Of a DNA stretch of 64,000 bases, positions 38,149 through 51,001 are shown in pieces. The stretch's first letter is position 1. The number at the start of each line of letters is the position of its first letter. The notes below the pieces were generated by a model. The model was not told the origin of the DNA. It did not search any database and worked only from the letters and a program-made list of their open reading frames with translations. Made by a program: the position numbers and the translations under genes. The stretch is from Hyaloraphidium curvatum SAG 235-1 (taxonomy: Eukaryota > Fungi > Monoblepharomycota), in contig JAIVFI010000003.1 of NCBI GenBank assembly GCA_025558095.1, positions 806,001 through 870,000 on the forward strand, written 5' to 3'.

Positions 38149-41100
38149 TCAGTAGTAGTACGCCTCCAGCTTCACGCCCGGCCCCTTGAGCTTGTCCAGC
38201 TCAGCCTGCTTTTCGAGCGTATCCAGCACCCGCGCGACCGCGTTGGAGGGCACTGCGAGGCCGATGGCCTTGACCGTGTCGTTCTCCCCGCTCGTGCGCA
38301 CAATCTTGAGGCGCTGCTTGCCCGAGTTGTAGCTCATGGCGTGCTCGACGAGGCGCCAGATCGACATGGTACCGCCGCAGAAGAGGTGGTGCCGCCGGAG
38401 ACGGACGCCGTGGTCGCAGTGGCCCCCGACTCTCTCGATGCTGCATTTGCCGCTGGGACCGAGCTTGTGTTGGCACTTCGTCTCGGCAAACTCTGCGGGA
38501 GGAGGTCAGCGATGCAAATCCAAGCAGCGATTGGCTCTTAACCCACTGTAGCGCTCCGTCCACAGCGGCTTCATCTTGTCAGCCTTGATCTTCTTTCCGT
38601 TGCGCATGAGGGTCTTGTCCCACGGTTCGAGGGTGAAGATCTCCCCGATGTTCGGCTTGTAGACTAAAAGCCAACAGTTAGACGCACATTGCGGGATATG
38701 CCACGGTGACCGACGTTTGAACTGGTCGTTCGCAACCTCAATCGCGAGGACGTAGTGCTTGATAGAGCTGAATTCGTAAGATATGACGTAGAAACCGTCC
38801 CGCGGGCCCGGGTTCTCGGTGTCCTGCAGGATCGCGTTGGCGACCTCGAACGAGATCCCGCGGTCGGTGACGATCTCAAGGTAGCGCGTCTCCAGCTTGG
38901 TGTAGGGGTCCTGGTACACCGTGCGGACCGGCTTGCCCGGCGCGAGGGCCAGGGTTTCGTAAAGTCCGCCGACGGGCTCGATACCCTTGTCGAGCTTGTT
39001 GTGCTTGCGGGCCCAGCTCAGCACAGCGCGCAACTGTTGTTGGAAGTAGCTGAAGATGGGGTTCTGGAGGGTGAGGGGGAGGCCGAGGATCCGATTGAGG
39101 AACTGGAATGAGAAAGGAGATCAGTCAGCAATGAGAACAATCAGCAAGCACACAAACCCACCTTGGGCACGTTGGACATGTCGCTATCGTTTTGGGCCAT
39201 GTCGAGCTTGTCCACTAATTGTGTGAGAAGTGGTTGTCAGCTTGTGCATGCAAATCCATCAAATGAACACCCACTGTACTCCTGCAGTGTCGCAAAGAAT
39301 TCCTGCTGCGTCATGTTGGGCGGCAGCACGTCCGGTTTGAGGGCCTTGGTCGAGCTCTGGTAGTTGCTTTGATGGTACGAGCTCCCAATCGCGGCGTAAG
39401 TCTTCTCCAGCGCGAGGCGGCCAAATCGGGTCTCGTGGTTGAATTGGGTGAGGTTGATGCCGGTGCTGGCCTTGCGGTCGCCTGCGATGCACAATCAGCT
39501 GCGGAGGCATGCAATGCCGATCGACTAACCTTTTGTAAGCGCACCCATGCTTCCCAATCGTTTCGCAACGGAAGAGGCAAAGCGATTCTCGCCAGCAACG
39601 TCGCTGATCATGAGCACGTACTCCGGCGCCGAGGATTGGTTGCTTCGGTGAGTCCGGCCGAGTTGCTGCACGGTCTGGAAGTAGATCCACTTCAGTCCCC
39701 GGCAAGCAACGGAAAAGACCGCATCTGATTACCTTGTCCGCAGCCCATGCGAGCTCCAAAGTGATGTGCACGCGGCGGCGCTGGTTCGGCACGCGCTTGT
39801 CGGCCTGGAGCGAAATGCCGGCGCTGGCAGCGTCGCTGATGATTGCGACATTCTGTTCCGAACCAGTCAGCGCAGAAGGCATCAAGTGCAGCGAAGCTCA
39901 ACTCACCTTGTGCCCGTTCATGAATTGCTCCTTCTCCCGAAGATTCATGTTCTCGAGCGTTTTGCCCGTTCCTGGACCGTAGCGTTTCTCGAAGACGATG
40001 CGGCCGGAGGGCGAAACAACAGCGCGGATCTTGCGGCCGGTGAGCTCGGCGACTTCATCAGGCCCGCCCAGCGCCATGACGAGGTGGTCGAGAGCGTTGT
40101 CAGGAAGGTTGATGTCCTCGAGCCTTCGAAAAGGTGCGGGTCAGATGCACCATCAAGACCGGCGGGTTGCAGCGTACTTCTGCAGCAGGTTCTTCATCGA
40201 TTCGAAATGGGGCATCGCCTCGACTGCCTGCTTTGACCCCGCGAGGCGGTAGAGGGACTTCAGGTGCCGGTCCAAGTTGATCGGCCTGCGCTGGAGTTCG
40301 TCTGGGACGACATGGCGGCGAGGCACGGCGCGCGGGGACTCGTCGTCCGAATCCGCCACGACCATGCGCTTGCTCGACCGATGCTTCACGGGCTCGTCCT
40401 CGTCGTCGTCGTCCGAGACGGGTCCCTTCCGCTTGAGCGTCGCCTCCTTCTTGACCGGTCCCTGCTTCGCTGTGCCCCTTGCCTTCTTCAAGCGCCGCGG
40501 GGCAGGCAGCGAATTGTCCGATTCGGAGTCGTCGGAATCGTCCATGGTGCGTCTCGATGCACGTCCAGCGCCACGCTTCGATCCGCTGCGCGAAGAGTCA
40601 GCCGAGCCACGCTTTTCCGGCACAAAGTCGTCGTCGTCCGAAGCCGATTCCGACCCGGAATCGCTAGAATCCGAGCGACCCAGGTGGAAATCGAGCAAGT
40701 CGGCGTCCTCGTTCTTCTTGGCCTTCGGTTCCGCCTTGACCTTGACGGAAGACGGGACAGCGGGCTTGACGTCGCGCTGCGGGCTCGGCGGCGGCAGCTG
40801 ATCCATCGGAATGCGGCGCCTGGTGCGCGGCTTCTGATCTTTGGGGGACGCCGGGATAGGGGCAACGACCAGCCCAGGCTCGGCCTTGATCTTGACCGCG
40901 GGCTCGCCCTTGACGTTTGCCTCGTCCGCGGCATCCTCGTCCTTCACGTCGTGGCGGATGAGGTGTCGCCTGGGAGGCGTGGGAAGCCGGCTCGAGATGG
41001 ACGACGTGTCGTCGTCGTCCGGTTCGTCAAAGGGGTCCAGACCGAGGTCCTCGTCGTCGAGGTCCTTCTCCTCCTCGTCCTTTGGGCGACCGGCTGTCAG

Positions 41101-43498
41101 CGCGAATGTGCAAGATGGCGAGTAGACTCACGGCTTGGAAGAAGCAGTGCCTGAAGTACCAAACGATGAGCCTGATGAGGCTTTCCTTCGGCGCCGAAAC
41201 GAGTTCCGCGAGGTTGGGCTCGTCTTCCAAGCGCTTCGCCGTGTTGGACTCGCCCGTGTTCTGGAGCCCGATCACGACCGCCTTCCCCTCGCTGAGCGCC
41301 TTTTGCGCGAGCTCGATGACGGCCGGAACTTTGCTGCTCACGCAGAGGTATCTTCACGAAACAGCGATAAGGATGGCAGTCAGGATCAGAACGGATCAGG
41401 CTCATTACCTGAAGAATCGCTGTAGCGCCGGTTGCTGTCAGCCTTGACGACACCGCGGACCCAAAAGACGCTCACCTGGTGCGCCGCCCAGTACATGCGC
41501 TGCATCAGGGTGATCTTGCGCGACTGCAGCTGCGAGGAGTTGTTGGCGATCCACGAGTCGAAGACGTCCCGAGCGTCGAGCCACAGCTGCGCCGCGGAGT
41601 CGTAGTCGAGGAGCGCGGGATCCATGGTGACCTTGACGACCTCGAAAGTAGCGCCGTGGTAGCTCAGAGTGCGTGACAGGTAAGACCCCTTGAGAAAACG
41701 ACCGTCAGCTGCGAACGGGAAGGCCAAAAACCAGGAATTGCCATTGATTTCATGTCCAGGGCGAGACACTCCATGGCGCCCTCCCCGCGCTTGGAGATCT
41801 GGTCATAAAAGTCTCGAAAGCCGCTTGGGAAAGCGGTACCCGGTCCCCAGAGTCCCATCCTGCCGTAAACCAATTAGACATCATCCACAGGGGCAGTAGC
41901 AATGAACACGCACCTGGACATGTACGCAAGGTTGCGCACCTCGGAAACGCCGGTGGCGGAAACGTAGACCACGCGGGCCTTCTTGAGCCGCTCCTGCAGC
42001 GCCGCAATGACGATGCCGGTCTGCGTTGCCCCTCCCTTCTTCGTGACCGTCTTGACCTGCTGCCCGGCTCCGCGTCCGGCCTCGTTGATGAGCTCCAGAA
42101 TGACATCCGCCCGATTGCTCAAATCGATCTTGTCGTCCTCGTCGGCGTTCGGGGCTGCCGGCGTCTTGGAGCTCGGCGGAACGAGGTTCTTGGCTTTGTG
42201 CCTACCATCAAGACGCAACAATCAGTGAATGAAACCCCGAACAAGCAAGGCGGATGCGTACGATTCGTCAAAGACGATCGGTCCATCGAAGTCCTCCCCG
42301 AGCCAGTCGATCACCTGCTCCAGCCGCGAGCTCAGGAGCTTCTTGCCGCTTGCGCGCAGGGTGGTCTTCTGGGACCGCTTGGCAACGAGCGACGAGTAGG
42401 TCGAGAAGAGCACGCCCTCGTCAAAGTTGCGGATCGACTCGTAGGAAAGCTTGGCGATGTTGGTGACGGCAATGTGGTCGGCGCCGATGTCGTCCAGGTC
42501 CCGTTGCGCGTCGACGTGCAAATCCGCGGACACGCTGACCCAGAGCGCCTTCTTCCTCCCGCGGAGCGCGTTCTCGTAGATGATGCCGGCGATGGTGCGC
42601 CCCTTGCCGACCCTTTAAGCATAGGTTAACCATAAAAAAGAGAAATCTGATTCCGTAGAGATATGCTCAACTAACCCTGCCCCATCGCCGACAACGAAGC
42701 CTGCCGTGGTCTTGCCGTCCGGGCACTTTTGCTCGTGGCGCTGGCAGGCGTACACGATGCTCTCGAGCTGCACGTTCGACAGCGCACCCGAGTCGATCGC
42801 CTTGGCGCGGGCCTCGGGGTTGGTGAACATGAGCGGCGTGTAGGTGATGGGAGGCGGCGGGCAGTTGGCGAGAGAGCTGGCCTCGACCTAATGGAATGTC
42901 AAGACTTCAACCGAGTCGATGCACGCACGACGGAAAAACAACCCACCAGCGGATCGGGATGCGGCTTCCCGTAGGGGAGGCGTGGCTCGTAGTTGGTGAA
43001 GCGCTGGAGGTTCTCGAGCTCGTCCTCGATGTCTTCGTCCTCTTCTCCTTCAGGCTCCGGAGCGTTGACGACGGGCGGGGCTCCAGCCGGCTGAAGAGCG
43101 GCAGATGACCCAGCGGTAGGAGTCGTCGAGAAGAGGCCTTGAAAAAGGTAATCCTTCACCGCAGCCGCGGTCGTGTTGGGTCCGGCTTGCGATGGCGGCG
43201 GCTGAGCGCTTGAAGGCGGCCTCGCAGGCGCTTCCATGTCCACCATCCTCAGGTTTTCGGTTCCCCATATCGTCGACACGGCGTTCTTCGCCCGCGGGCG
43301 CGGGGGCGCCTTCTGGGCGGGCTGCGAGCCGGGCACCGCGGGAGACCCGGCGCCTCCTTGGGCATTCGGGCTGGCGATTAAGGACGCGTACGCCTGCGCC
43401 GCGGCGCTGGAGGACGGCGGCTGGGACGCCGGGGCCTTTGGTCCCGCGCTGGCGGCTCCGCCCGCAGCGGGCAGGTTCTCCTTGCCGCCCGACGCCAT
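38149..43498 (-). CDS. SBNO: Strawberry notch (SBNO) SF2-helicase-like protein, many introns
   Basis: [51 protein letters not shown]|[61 protein letters not shown]. Confidence 0.92.
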
Positions 43499-43680
43499 CT
43501 TGGCGAGCAGAGCGCGGACAGAGGGTCCGACGACTGCTGAGGCCGCTGATGGGTCTGCCGCTGTCCTGTATTCGACGTGATTCGGGGCAGCTCTCAATCG
43601 ACCAGCTCCGCCGCAACGGGGGTTGGTCGCGTCCAAACAGTCCACAACGAGCTCGATCGCGACCCGCAGCCCCAATCTCG

Positions 43681-44460
43681 ATGCGGCGATTACCTCTGCC
43701 TGCGCTTCTCCTCCCTCCGCCTCCGCCGGACCACCCCGATCCGGCTCCCGCGCTGCGGGAACTGCCCCAAGCATACCTCTTCCTGTTCCGCGGGATCCGC
43801 GATCCCGTGAAGCTGCGCAAAGCGTTGATCGCCGGCCGAACCGAGGACGGAACGGAGGTGCCTCAGTGCTGCGCGGTCGACGCGAGGATGGTGTGTTCTG
43901 GCTGCCTCGGAACGAGATGAGCACGTTGCCGACGTGGAACGCACGACCAGGTGCTCGACGTGTCCCAGCTCCTTTGTGCATGCTCGCGGGCGGTCATGCA
44001 CGAGATCCAGGGCAAGATGAAGACGCGGACTGTTTATGCCGAGACGCTGTACAACATGTCGCCTTGGAATCCCGTGCGTAGCTGTACCTGCCGCACGAGC
44101 CGTTCTCTGGAACCTTCGTTGCCGCAGATTTCGGAGGCCATGAAGACGTGGGGCGTTCGGGACGATACGAAGGATGTGCTGGTTCTCTTTCTGGAGAAGG
44201 ACGGCGGACTCTCGGCTTGGGAGTTTGAGGACGCCATACAACGGGTGGTTGACGCCGACGAGCGCCCCTTGGAGGAACTCACACACTGCGCGGATCTGGC
44301 GGAGATCTGCTCGGTGAGTCTTGACACCTAGAAATGCAGCGCCGTCCTTAATCTCACCGACATGCAGGCGATGAAGATTCCTGTGCCCGAGGACGGCTCG
44401 CTGGATCGGGCGAAACTCCTTCGCGATGTGTTGTCTACCATGGCAATCAAGGGCCTGTAA
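43681..44460 (+). CDS. CGI121: EKC/KEOPS complex subunit CGI121/TPRKB, 3 introns
   Basis: AVDARM|VLDVSQLLCACSRAV..GKMKTRTVYAETLYNMSP..ISEAMKTWGV; ends MAIKGL*. Confidence 0.88.
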
Positions 44461-44615
44461 TTGCTTGCTCTCTTGCACGATACCCTGATGTGTAGCCTTC
44501 AAGGAGAAAGAGACGAAGAAGCTCCATTCATTCAACCTTGCCCATCGATTTACATTTGCCATGATGTCTCTCCAGCATGCATCTTCCCTGCGCCGTTCCT
44601 GGTACCGAACACCAT

Positions 44616-45248
44616 CTAGCCGGGCAACGCGCCGGCAATCACTGGCTGCGCAGCCACGTAGCTCGGAGGCAGGTACGACGGGACGTTGTCCAGGACCTCC
44701 AAGCTGCCCGTCATCCCGTCCTCGCAGTCTCGGTACAGCGTCGAAGCCTGTGGCGGTGAGCAACGGAACGTGCGCCGGCGGAGTTGACCACTCACAAAGT
44801 AGTAGGTCCCCGTTTCGAGGAAGCTGTACTCAAACACGGCGCTCGCTCCCATGTGCTGCGGCCCGATGATGTCCGATTTGAACAGCGGCTGCGCTATCGG
44901 CGTGCACGAGCCGTTGGAGGCAACCTGCACGACATTGTGCAATCCAGACTCCCAGGTCCATATCTGTTTGCGTGCCAGCGATTCGACGGCACCAAACACA
45001 TCCGTGCGAAGGGAGACAAACAATGCAGGACGGCTCGACAGTCAGATGGGGCTCAAGGCTCCCCGGCAAGGTCCGGCACCCACCACGGTGTCGCCATTCC
45101 GAATCTGGTAGTAGTTCGGAAAGAAGGAATGCTGCCCGCCCGGTCCCACGTTAATCGTGTACACGTATCCCGTCCGCCGCTGTGCCGATGCCCGTCCGGG
45201 GAGCAACAGCGTCGCCAGCAGGGCTGCAGCCAGCAGCACGAGAGTCAT
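44616..45248 (-). CDS. Secreted cupredoxin-fold protein, 2 introns
   Basis: Signal MTLVLLAAALLATLLLPGRASA; INVGPGG..FFP..IRNGDTV|IWTWESGLHNVVQ..SC; GTYYF|ASTLYRDCEDGMTGSLEV. Confidence 0.8.
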
Positions 45249-45480
45249 TCGCGGCCACCGCGGCGGTGCGCCACCAGTTCGTCCTCTCCACGCAGGTCGT
45301 CCCCCGGTCCAATGAGGCCGACAAAAACATGTCATTTCTGGCCCGCAACCAGCTCTCCTGTGGCCGCAGACTCAGCAGCGAGACGGTCCCCGATTTGCCG
45401 ATTTGGTCGATTTTCAATCCCTTGGCTCAGCCGCGACTTCGCGGGGGTCTTCCGCTCCGACTCACGGAGCACTGGCCGCA

Positions 45481-48094
45481 ATGCGGCCGAGAAGAAGGCG
45501 ACGTCGAAGAGACGCCGGTGTTGGGCACGGCAATGGTCGGTCCCTGCTGGCGGGGCTGGTTGGGCCCGTGTGGACCTTTGCGGCGTTCGCGCTGCTCTCT
45601 CTCTGGACGGCTCTGCCCGCTATGGCGTATCCGTCGCAATTTCCACCTGGATTCTCGGTGTCCGATGTGGTCGGAAACCTGGGGTACGGAGCTTTGCGGC
45701 GTTTTGGAGCCCCTGAAGCTCACTGCTCGACTCGCGTAGGCTCGTCACCGACTTTGCCTTCCTGGACGGCTCCCGGATCCTCGTGGCCAACAAGATGGGC
45801 CAGATATTGCTAGTCAAAGGCAACTACGTGGCGGCCACGCTCTTGGATATCGGGTGGAAGCTCGGGTCCGTCGGTGGAGGTGGGCTTCGCAGGCTTCCTG
45901 TCCTGCTCTTTCTGACCCTTCCCCAGACCGCGGACTCACCGGAGTTACCGTGCATCCTCAGTGGCCGGCGTCGCCGTACATCTATGTGGGCTACGTGCGC
46001 GACGACAATCCGCCCGACTTTACGGGGCGAAAGTACAACGTCCTTTCGCGCTACACGCTCAACGCGGAGGAGTACCTGGACCCGTACTCGGAACGCGTGC
46101 TCCTGGGAGCGTGCAATGCCGGCAAAGTGATGGACTGGTACGGCGACGACTGCATGCCGCAGGACGGAACGACGCACACCATCGACTGGCTCGGTTTCGG
46201 GAAGGACGGGAACCTGTGGGTCTCGGTGGGCGACGGGGAGACGTTCGAGGGCGAATCGTGGGACGAATGGCGCGGGAGGGACTTTGTGGGGCCCATGGAT
46301 CCCAGGTTCCTCGGCGGCAAGATCCTGCGCCTCAACCCGGACACGGGGGAGGGGCTGCCGGACAACCCGTTTTGGAATGGCAACTCCTGGAGCGCAGCGT
46401 CGCGCGTGTGGGCCGTCGGGCTGCGCAATCCGTTCCGGTGCGGATGGGTTCCGGGGACGGACAATGACCTGATGGTGAGTGGGCGCCGCTTCTCGCGATG
46501 GACTCCCGGTGACCCGTTGTTCAAGTGCGGTGAGGTTGGCTGGTTCACGATGGAGTCCATCAAGCGCATTCAGCGCGGCGCAAATCTGGGTTGGCCTTGC
46601 TGGGAAGGCAACACGTATCCGGGGATGATGAACGCCGACTTTCCCGGTTGCCGCAACTTCTACTCGGGTGCGACCTCGTTCCCGGGATTTTGGGACGCCA
46701 ACGTCCCCTTCTCCTACCCGCACAACGGAGCTTCGGCGGCGGCAATCGGCGGCGTGTTCATGGGCGACAAGTATCCCGCCCCTTACCGCAACAGCTTTAT
46801 CTTCGCCGACTTCCCTTCGAGCAAGATATCCGCCCTCGAATGGGACACGTCCAAGCAGCTTGCCGCCGGCTGGGACGACCGCGGCAACAACCCGATCACG
46901 CCGCGCACCATTGCCATCAACGCGGACCAACCGGTCTCTTTCAAAATCGGTCCGGACGGGTTCGTGTGGTACATCGGACACTGCGTTTCGTGCTCGAACC
47001 TCGGCATTATGCGGCGAATCACCTTCGATCCCGCACAGGCCAGTGCCGCGCCGAGCGACGACAAGACCCTGCAGGACCAGGGTCTCCTCGGTCCGATTGC
47101 GGACCGGCCCGATTTGACCCAGAACTCGACGGCTCCGCCGCCCGCACCACCCGCCACGCCCGAGTCGTGCCGGCAGTCGGGAGCCGTCGTCATCCCCGAC
47201 CTGCCCCAAACCTGGGACTCCCAGATGTTTGTCGGCTCCTTCATCAACTCGCGGTACGCCCGCAACGGCGACGGGGGACCCGTGGAGCTCGACGCCTCAG
47301 TCGGTGGCACGCAGCCGAACGACGGCACGCAGCTCACGATCGGCGGCGTTCGTTTTGGGCACGGCATTGGAACGCGCCAGATCTCCGAGATCCACGTCGG
47401 GGTGAACAGCAACTGCTTCCGATTCCGCGCGCAGGTCGGAATCGACGACCAGGATGCCGCGTCGGGCGCTCGCGCCGAGTTCATCGTCAAGCTGGACGGG
47501 AGGGTGTTTTGGAACTCGACGCTCTGGAACTACGGAAGGCCTTTGCGGGCCGGCGATCCGCCCCTGGCTGTGGACATCAAGGGGATCCAGGGCGTTTCAG
47601 ACATTGGTTTGTACGGGTTCCATCCTTGGGATGTGGATCCGTCGACGCCCGGGAGCGCAGTCGACTGGTGAGACCGGTATCGCCGCGTCGGTGGGCTTCC
47701 ATTAATGCCATTCCGCTCCAGGGCCGACGCTCGCATTTTCTGCGGCCCCGATTCCCCCTACATGCCCACGGTCACGATCGCCAACCCCATCCCACGCAAT
47801 AGCTTCCGGGTCAACGACACCGTTGCTTTCTCGGGGTCCGCGATGGACTTCAACCGCAACGCGATTCCGCCCGAGAATCTGCACTGGTACATCAACCTGC
47901 TGCACTGCCAGGGCGCCCTATGCCACACGCACTTCTACCAGAACTTTGCCGGCATCACCAACGGGACGTTCCAGATCGCGGACCACACGCTGGCGGCGGC
48001 GGATCAGTTCATCTACTTTGAGGTGCGCTTGGTTGCCAAGGACGAGTGCGAACGCACCAACCAAGTCAGCCGCTACGTGGTCGTGCAGCTTTGA
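45481..48094 (+). CDS. Secreted PQQ-dependent glucose/sorbosone dehydrogenase (GSDH) + NPCBM + Ig/PKD-like domain, multi-exon
   Basis: DRGLTGVTVHP, THTIDWLGFGKDGNLWVSVGDG, GKILRLNPDTG, GLRNPFR, GANLGWPCWEG; NPCBM GPVELD..LTIGGVRFGHGIG..FRAQVGIDD..WADAR; C-terminal LHWYINLLHC..CHTH. Confidence 0.88.
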
Positions 48095-48430
48095 TGGAAT
48101 GAAGTCTTCATGCAACGAGATACCGCTTACACCTGGAGATGGATAGCAAGGAGCTCGTACATGTACACTATCATATTGATTTGAAATTATTGACAAGGAG
48201 ACGTGATCGCAGATTGGAGCAGTTGGATTTCGGCTTCGGCTCCTCGTTGGGCCGGCGAAAGACACTCCCCGCACTTTTCGTTCCCGCTGCCACATACTCC
48301 CATTGCGCACCACGGAAACTCGATAATTCGCGCATCGTGATCTCCACTACCGCCCCCGGGGTCCGATTCCGGCGGACGCTGTACCGCTCGCGCGGAAAAA
48401 GTCCGCCCCCCACAACGTTGCTCCGACAAC

Positions 48431-49018
48431 ATGGCGAGAGTGCTCTTCATCCACGGACTGGAGGGTTCGCCAACCGGAATCAAATCCGTCTACCTGAAAA
48501 ACTACTACGGGTCGCCGCCGAACGCGTACTTCTGCCCTGAGATGCCTCTTATTTCAGAGCTTGGACCAGGCCTTGCGGAATCCTACCGCGAATGTATAGA
48601 GATGCAGCGCCGTGCAGTCGCCGAGTTCAAGCCCTCGGTCATCGTGGGCTCCTCCTTCGGCGGAGCGATTGCGGTGGATCTAATCGTGGAAGGGACGTGG
48701 AAAGGACCCACACTTCTCCTGGCATGTGCCCATGGCATGCTGGGCAGGGCCATGGCCAACCTGGCGCCGGGAGGAGCGCCTTATCAGGTCCCTACGCTTC
48801 CGGCCGGCGTACCGGTGCTCATGGTGCACGCGACGAAAGACCCCGTTGTGCCCTTCGCCGATTCGCTAGACTTGTTGGCCAACGCGGAGGACAAGGCTAG
48901 CGTGCGATTGCTCGAGGTGGACGACACGCATGGCCTGCGAAAGCAGGTCCAGGAGGATCTCTTGTTTGGCCACGTGGAGGAAATCAGGAAGGCGGGGACT
49001 TCGGCCTCTGCGCTGTAG
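48431..49018 (+). CDS. Small alpha/beta hydrolase (YqiA/esterase-like), intronless
   Basis: VLFIHGLEGSP, GSSFGG nucleophile elbow, HATKDPVVP (Asp), DDTHGL (His). Confidence 0.88.
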   Translation: MARVLFIHGLEGSPTGIKSVYLKNYYGSPPNAYFCPEMPLISELGPGLAESYRECIEMQRRAVAEFKPSVIVGSSFGGAIAVDLIVEGTWKGPTLLLACAHGMLGRAMANLAPGGAPYQVPTLPAGVPVLMVHATKDPVVPFADSLDLLANAEDKASVRLLEVDDTHGLRKQVQEDLLFGHVEEIRKAGTSASAL

Positions 49019-49163
49019 GCTGACAGCAGTTCCGCTGCTGGCCGCTGGCCGCACGACCATGACAGTCCGGTGGATCGCCTGGAGCAAGGCCACTTGGGTA
49101 TCAACGGTATATGAGACAGAAGACAATACATCCAACGAATGAAGACAAAGTGCTGCGATTCCT

Positions 49164-50545
49164 TCACGCCCTGAAAAGCTTCTCAAAGAACTTCCCGAAC
49201 TTTGACCGCCTCAGCGATGCAGACCTGGCCGGCGTAGCCAAGTTCGCAGACATCCTTGACCGCGAAACCTCCGCCGAGTCCCGGGTCGAACCGAGCGTGG
49301 TGACAGAGGCAAAGCTTGCCTCGGACCCGACTCGCGGAACCGCCACAGTCCTCCCGCTTTCGCTGCTCGAGTCGTCATCGTCCTCTTCAATGTCAGCTGC
49401 GAGCTCGCGCAGGTAGAAGGGCAGACGCCGTCCAAGCTCCGCCTCGGCCGCGGTACATGCCCGCTTGGGGTTGGCGGTCACCGAAGGCAGCTTCACGATC
49501 GGCAGCCTCGAGCGCGCCGAGGCGGGGGTCGCAAAGTCGGCGACCCATCCATGGCGCAGCAGGCTCTCCGCGGTAATGCGGCCTTCGTTCGCGGGGTTGA
49601 GGATAGTCCGGAGGAAGTCGTGGCCCAGCTCGCTGAGGCCCTCGACCTCCAGCGACGGCCGGCCTTGGATTTCGAGCTCGAGCTCGAAGGTGTCCTCCGA
49701 TCGGAAAGGAAAGTAGCCAGTCAAGCAACCGAAGGCGAGGACGCCGAGCGCCCAAAGGTCCTGGTGGCCGGAGTGGGCCAGGTAAGGCGTCCTCCGGTTG
49801 ATGAACCGCAGGAGCGAGGGGCTGGCGTAGTTTGTGCAGCCCACCGCCTCGTCGAGAAGGGTGTTGCGGTCGAAGAAGGTGGCCAGGCCCCAGTCGATGA
49901 CGCTGACGTGCCCCGACGTCGCGTCGTAGAAAACGTTGTCGAGCTTGATGTCGCGGTGGAGGACGCCCATGGAGTGGGCGTGTGCCAGGGCAACGAGGAT
50001 GCCCGCGACGATCCTCCTCGTCTCGTCCTCCTCCAAATGTCCGTCTTGCTTGCCGTTGGTGTACGAGAAGAGCTCTTCGCCCGGGGCGACGGCCATTACG
50101 AGGTTCGAGGCCGTCGACGTCCGAACGTAGTCGAGGAGCGGCGGAATAGAATCATGTGCGAGGTGGGTGAGGGCTAGCGCCTCTCGCAAGGAGAAGAAGA
50201 GGTTGCGGTGGTCGTTGGCGGACATCTTGGTCTGCTTCACGACGGCCTGGGAAGGACCTGTCAGCCCCTCGCAAACGCTGGCGCGCATCACGAGGTACCC
50301 ACGATTCTGCCCGTTCGGCCCTTGGCGACGCGGACCTCGGCGAATGCGCCCTCGCCGAGCACCCGGCCGGTCGCCCAGTCCTCCGCGGCGCCGCGGACAA
50401 TGGGCCCGTCAAAGACCTCGTCGGCGGGCATCGGGCGTCCGGGCTTGCTCGCGTTGCGCTCGGCCGCCATCTGCTTCTCTTTCTCGGAGCAGAGCGTGCA
50501 GCTGCTTGCGCGGTACATGGCGATGCTGGGCGTCGACTCCTGCAT
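49164..50545 (-). CDS. Atypical Ser/Thr protein kinase (copy K4), 1 intron (50247-50302)
   Basis: VLGEGAFAEV, AVVK, LREALAL, HRDIKLDN, IDWG, DEAVGCTNYASP, QDLWALG, NEGRITAESLLRHGW. Confidence 0.9.
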
Positions 50546-51001
50546 GTTGCGTTGTGCTGTGGGGCTGCAGTCCCGCTGACGAAAGCTCGCGAAGGGTGCT
50601 TCTCCTCTCAAGACAGTCGGCGCGGAGGAAAGTCGTGCGAAAGGCGACGTGACTTCGCGATGTGATTGTTGGTAAGGGGTGAGGGTGTTGCGGTTTGGTT
50701 TCGAAAAACTCCGGGCAGTTGTGGAGCAGCCGCGGAGCGGGAGCTTGTCGAATGGTCCGGCGCAAAGGGATACTCCGTTCAGCCATGCACACGCTCGGAA
50801 CCTGGAGCAACCAACGAGAATCCAAAATTTGGTGCGTAGAGAGCAAGGTTTTATGGTGCCACAGGGATCTGACGGACCTTGGGGGGGAGTTATGCGTTTT
50901 GCGGACGAGCAGGGGAGGGGGAGGAAGAAAGCCACAGCTGCGCTCAACTGCTTGCCTCCACAACAATCAGATTGATCCGGCTAGCTAGTTGCACTTTCGC
51001 A

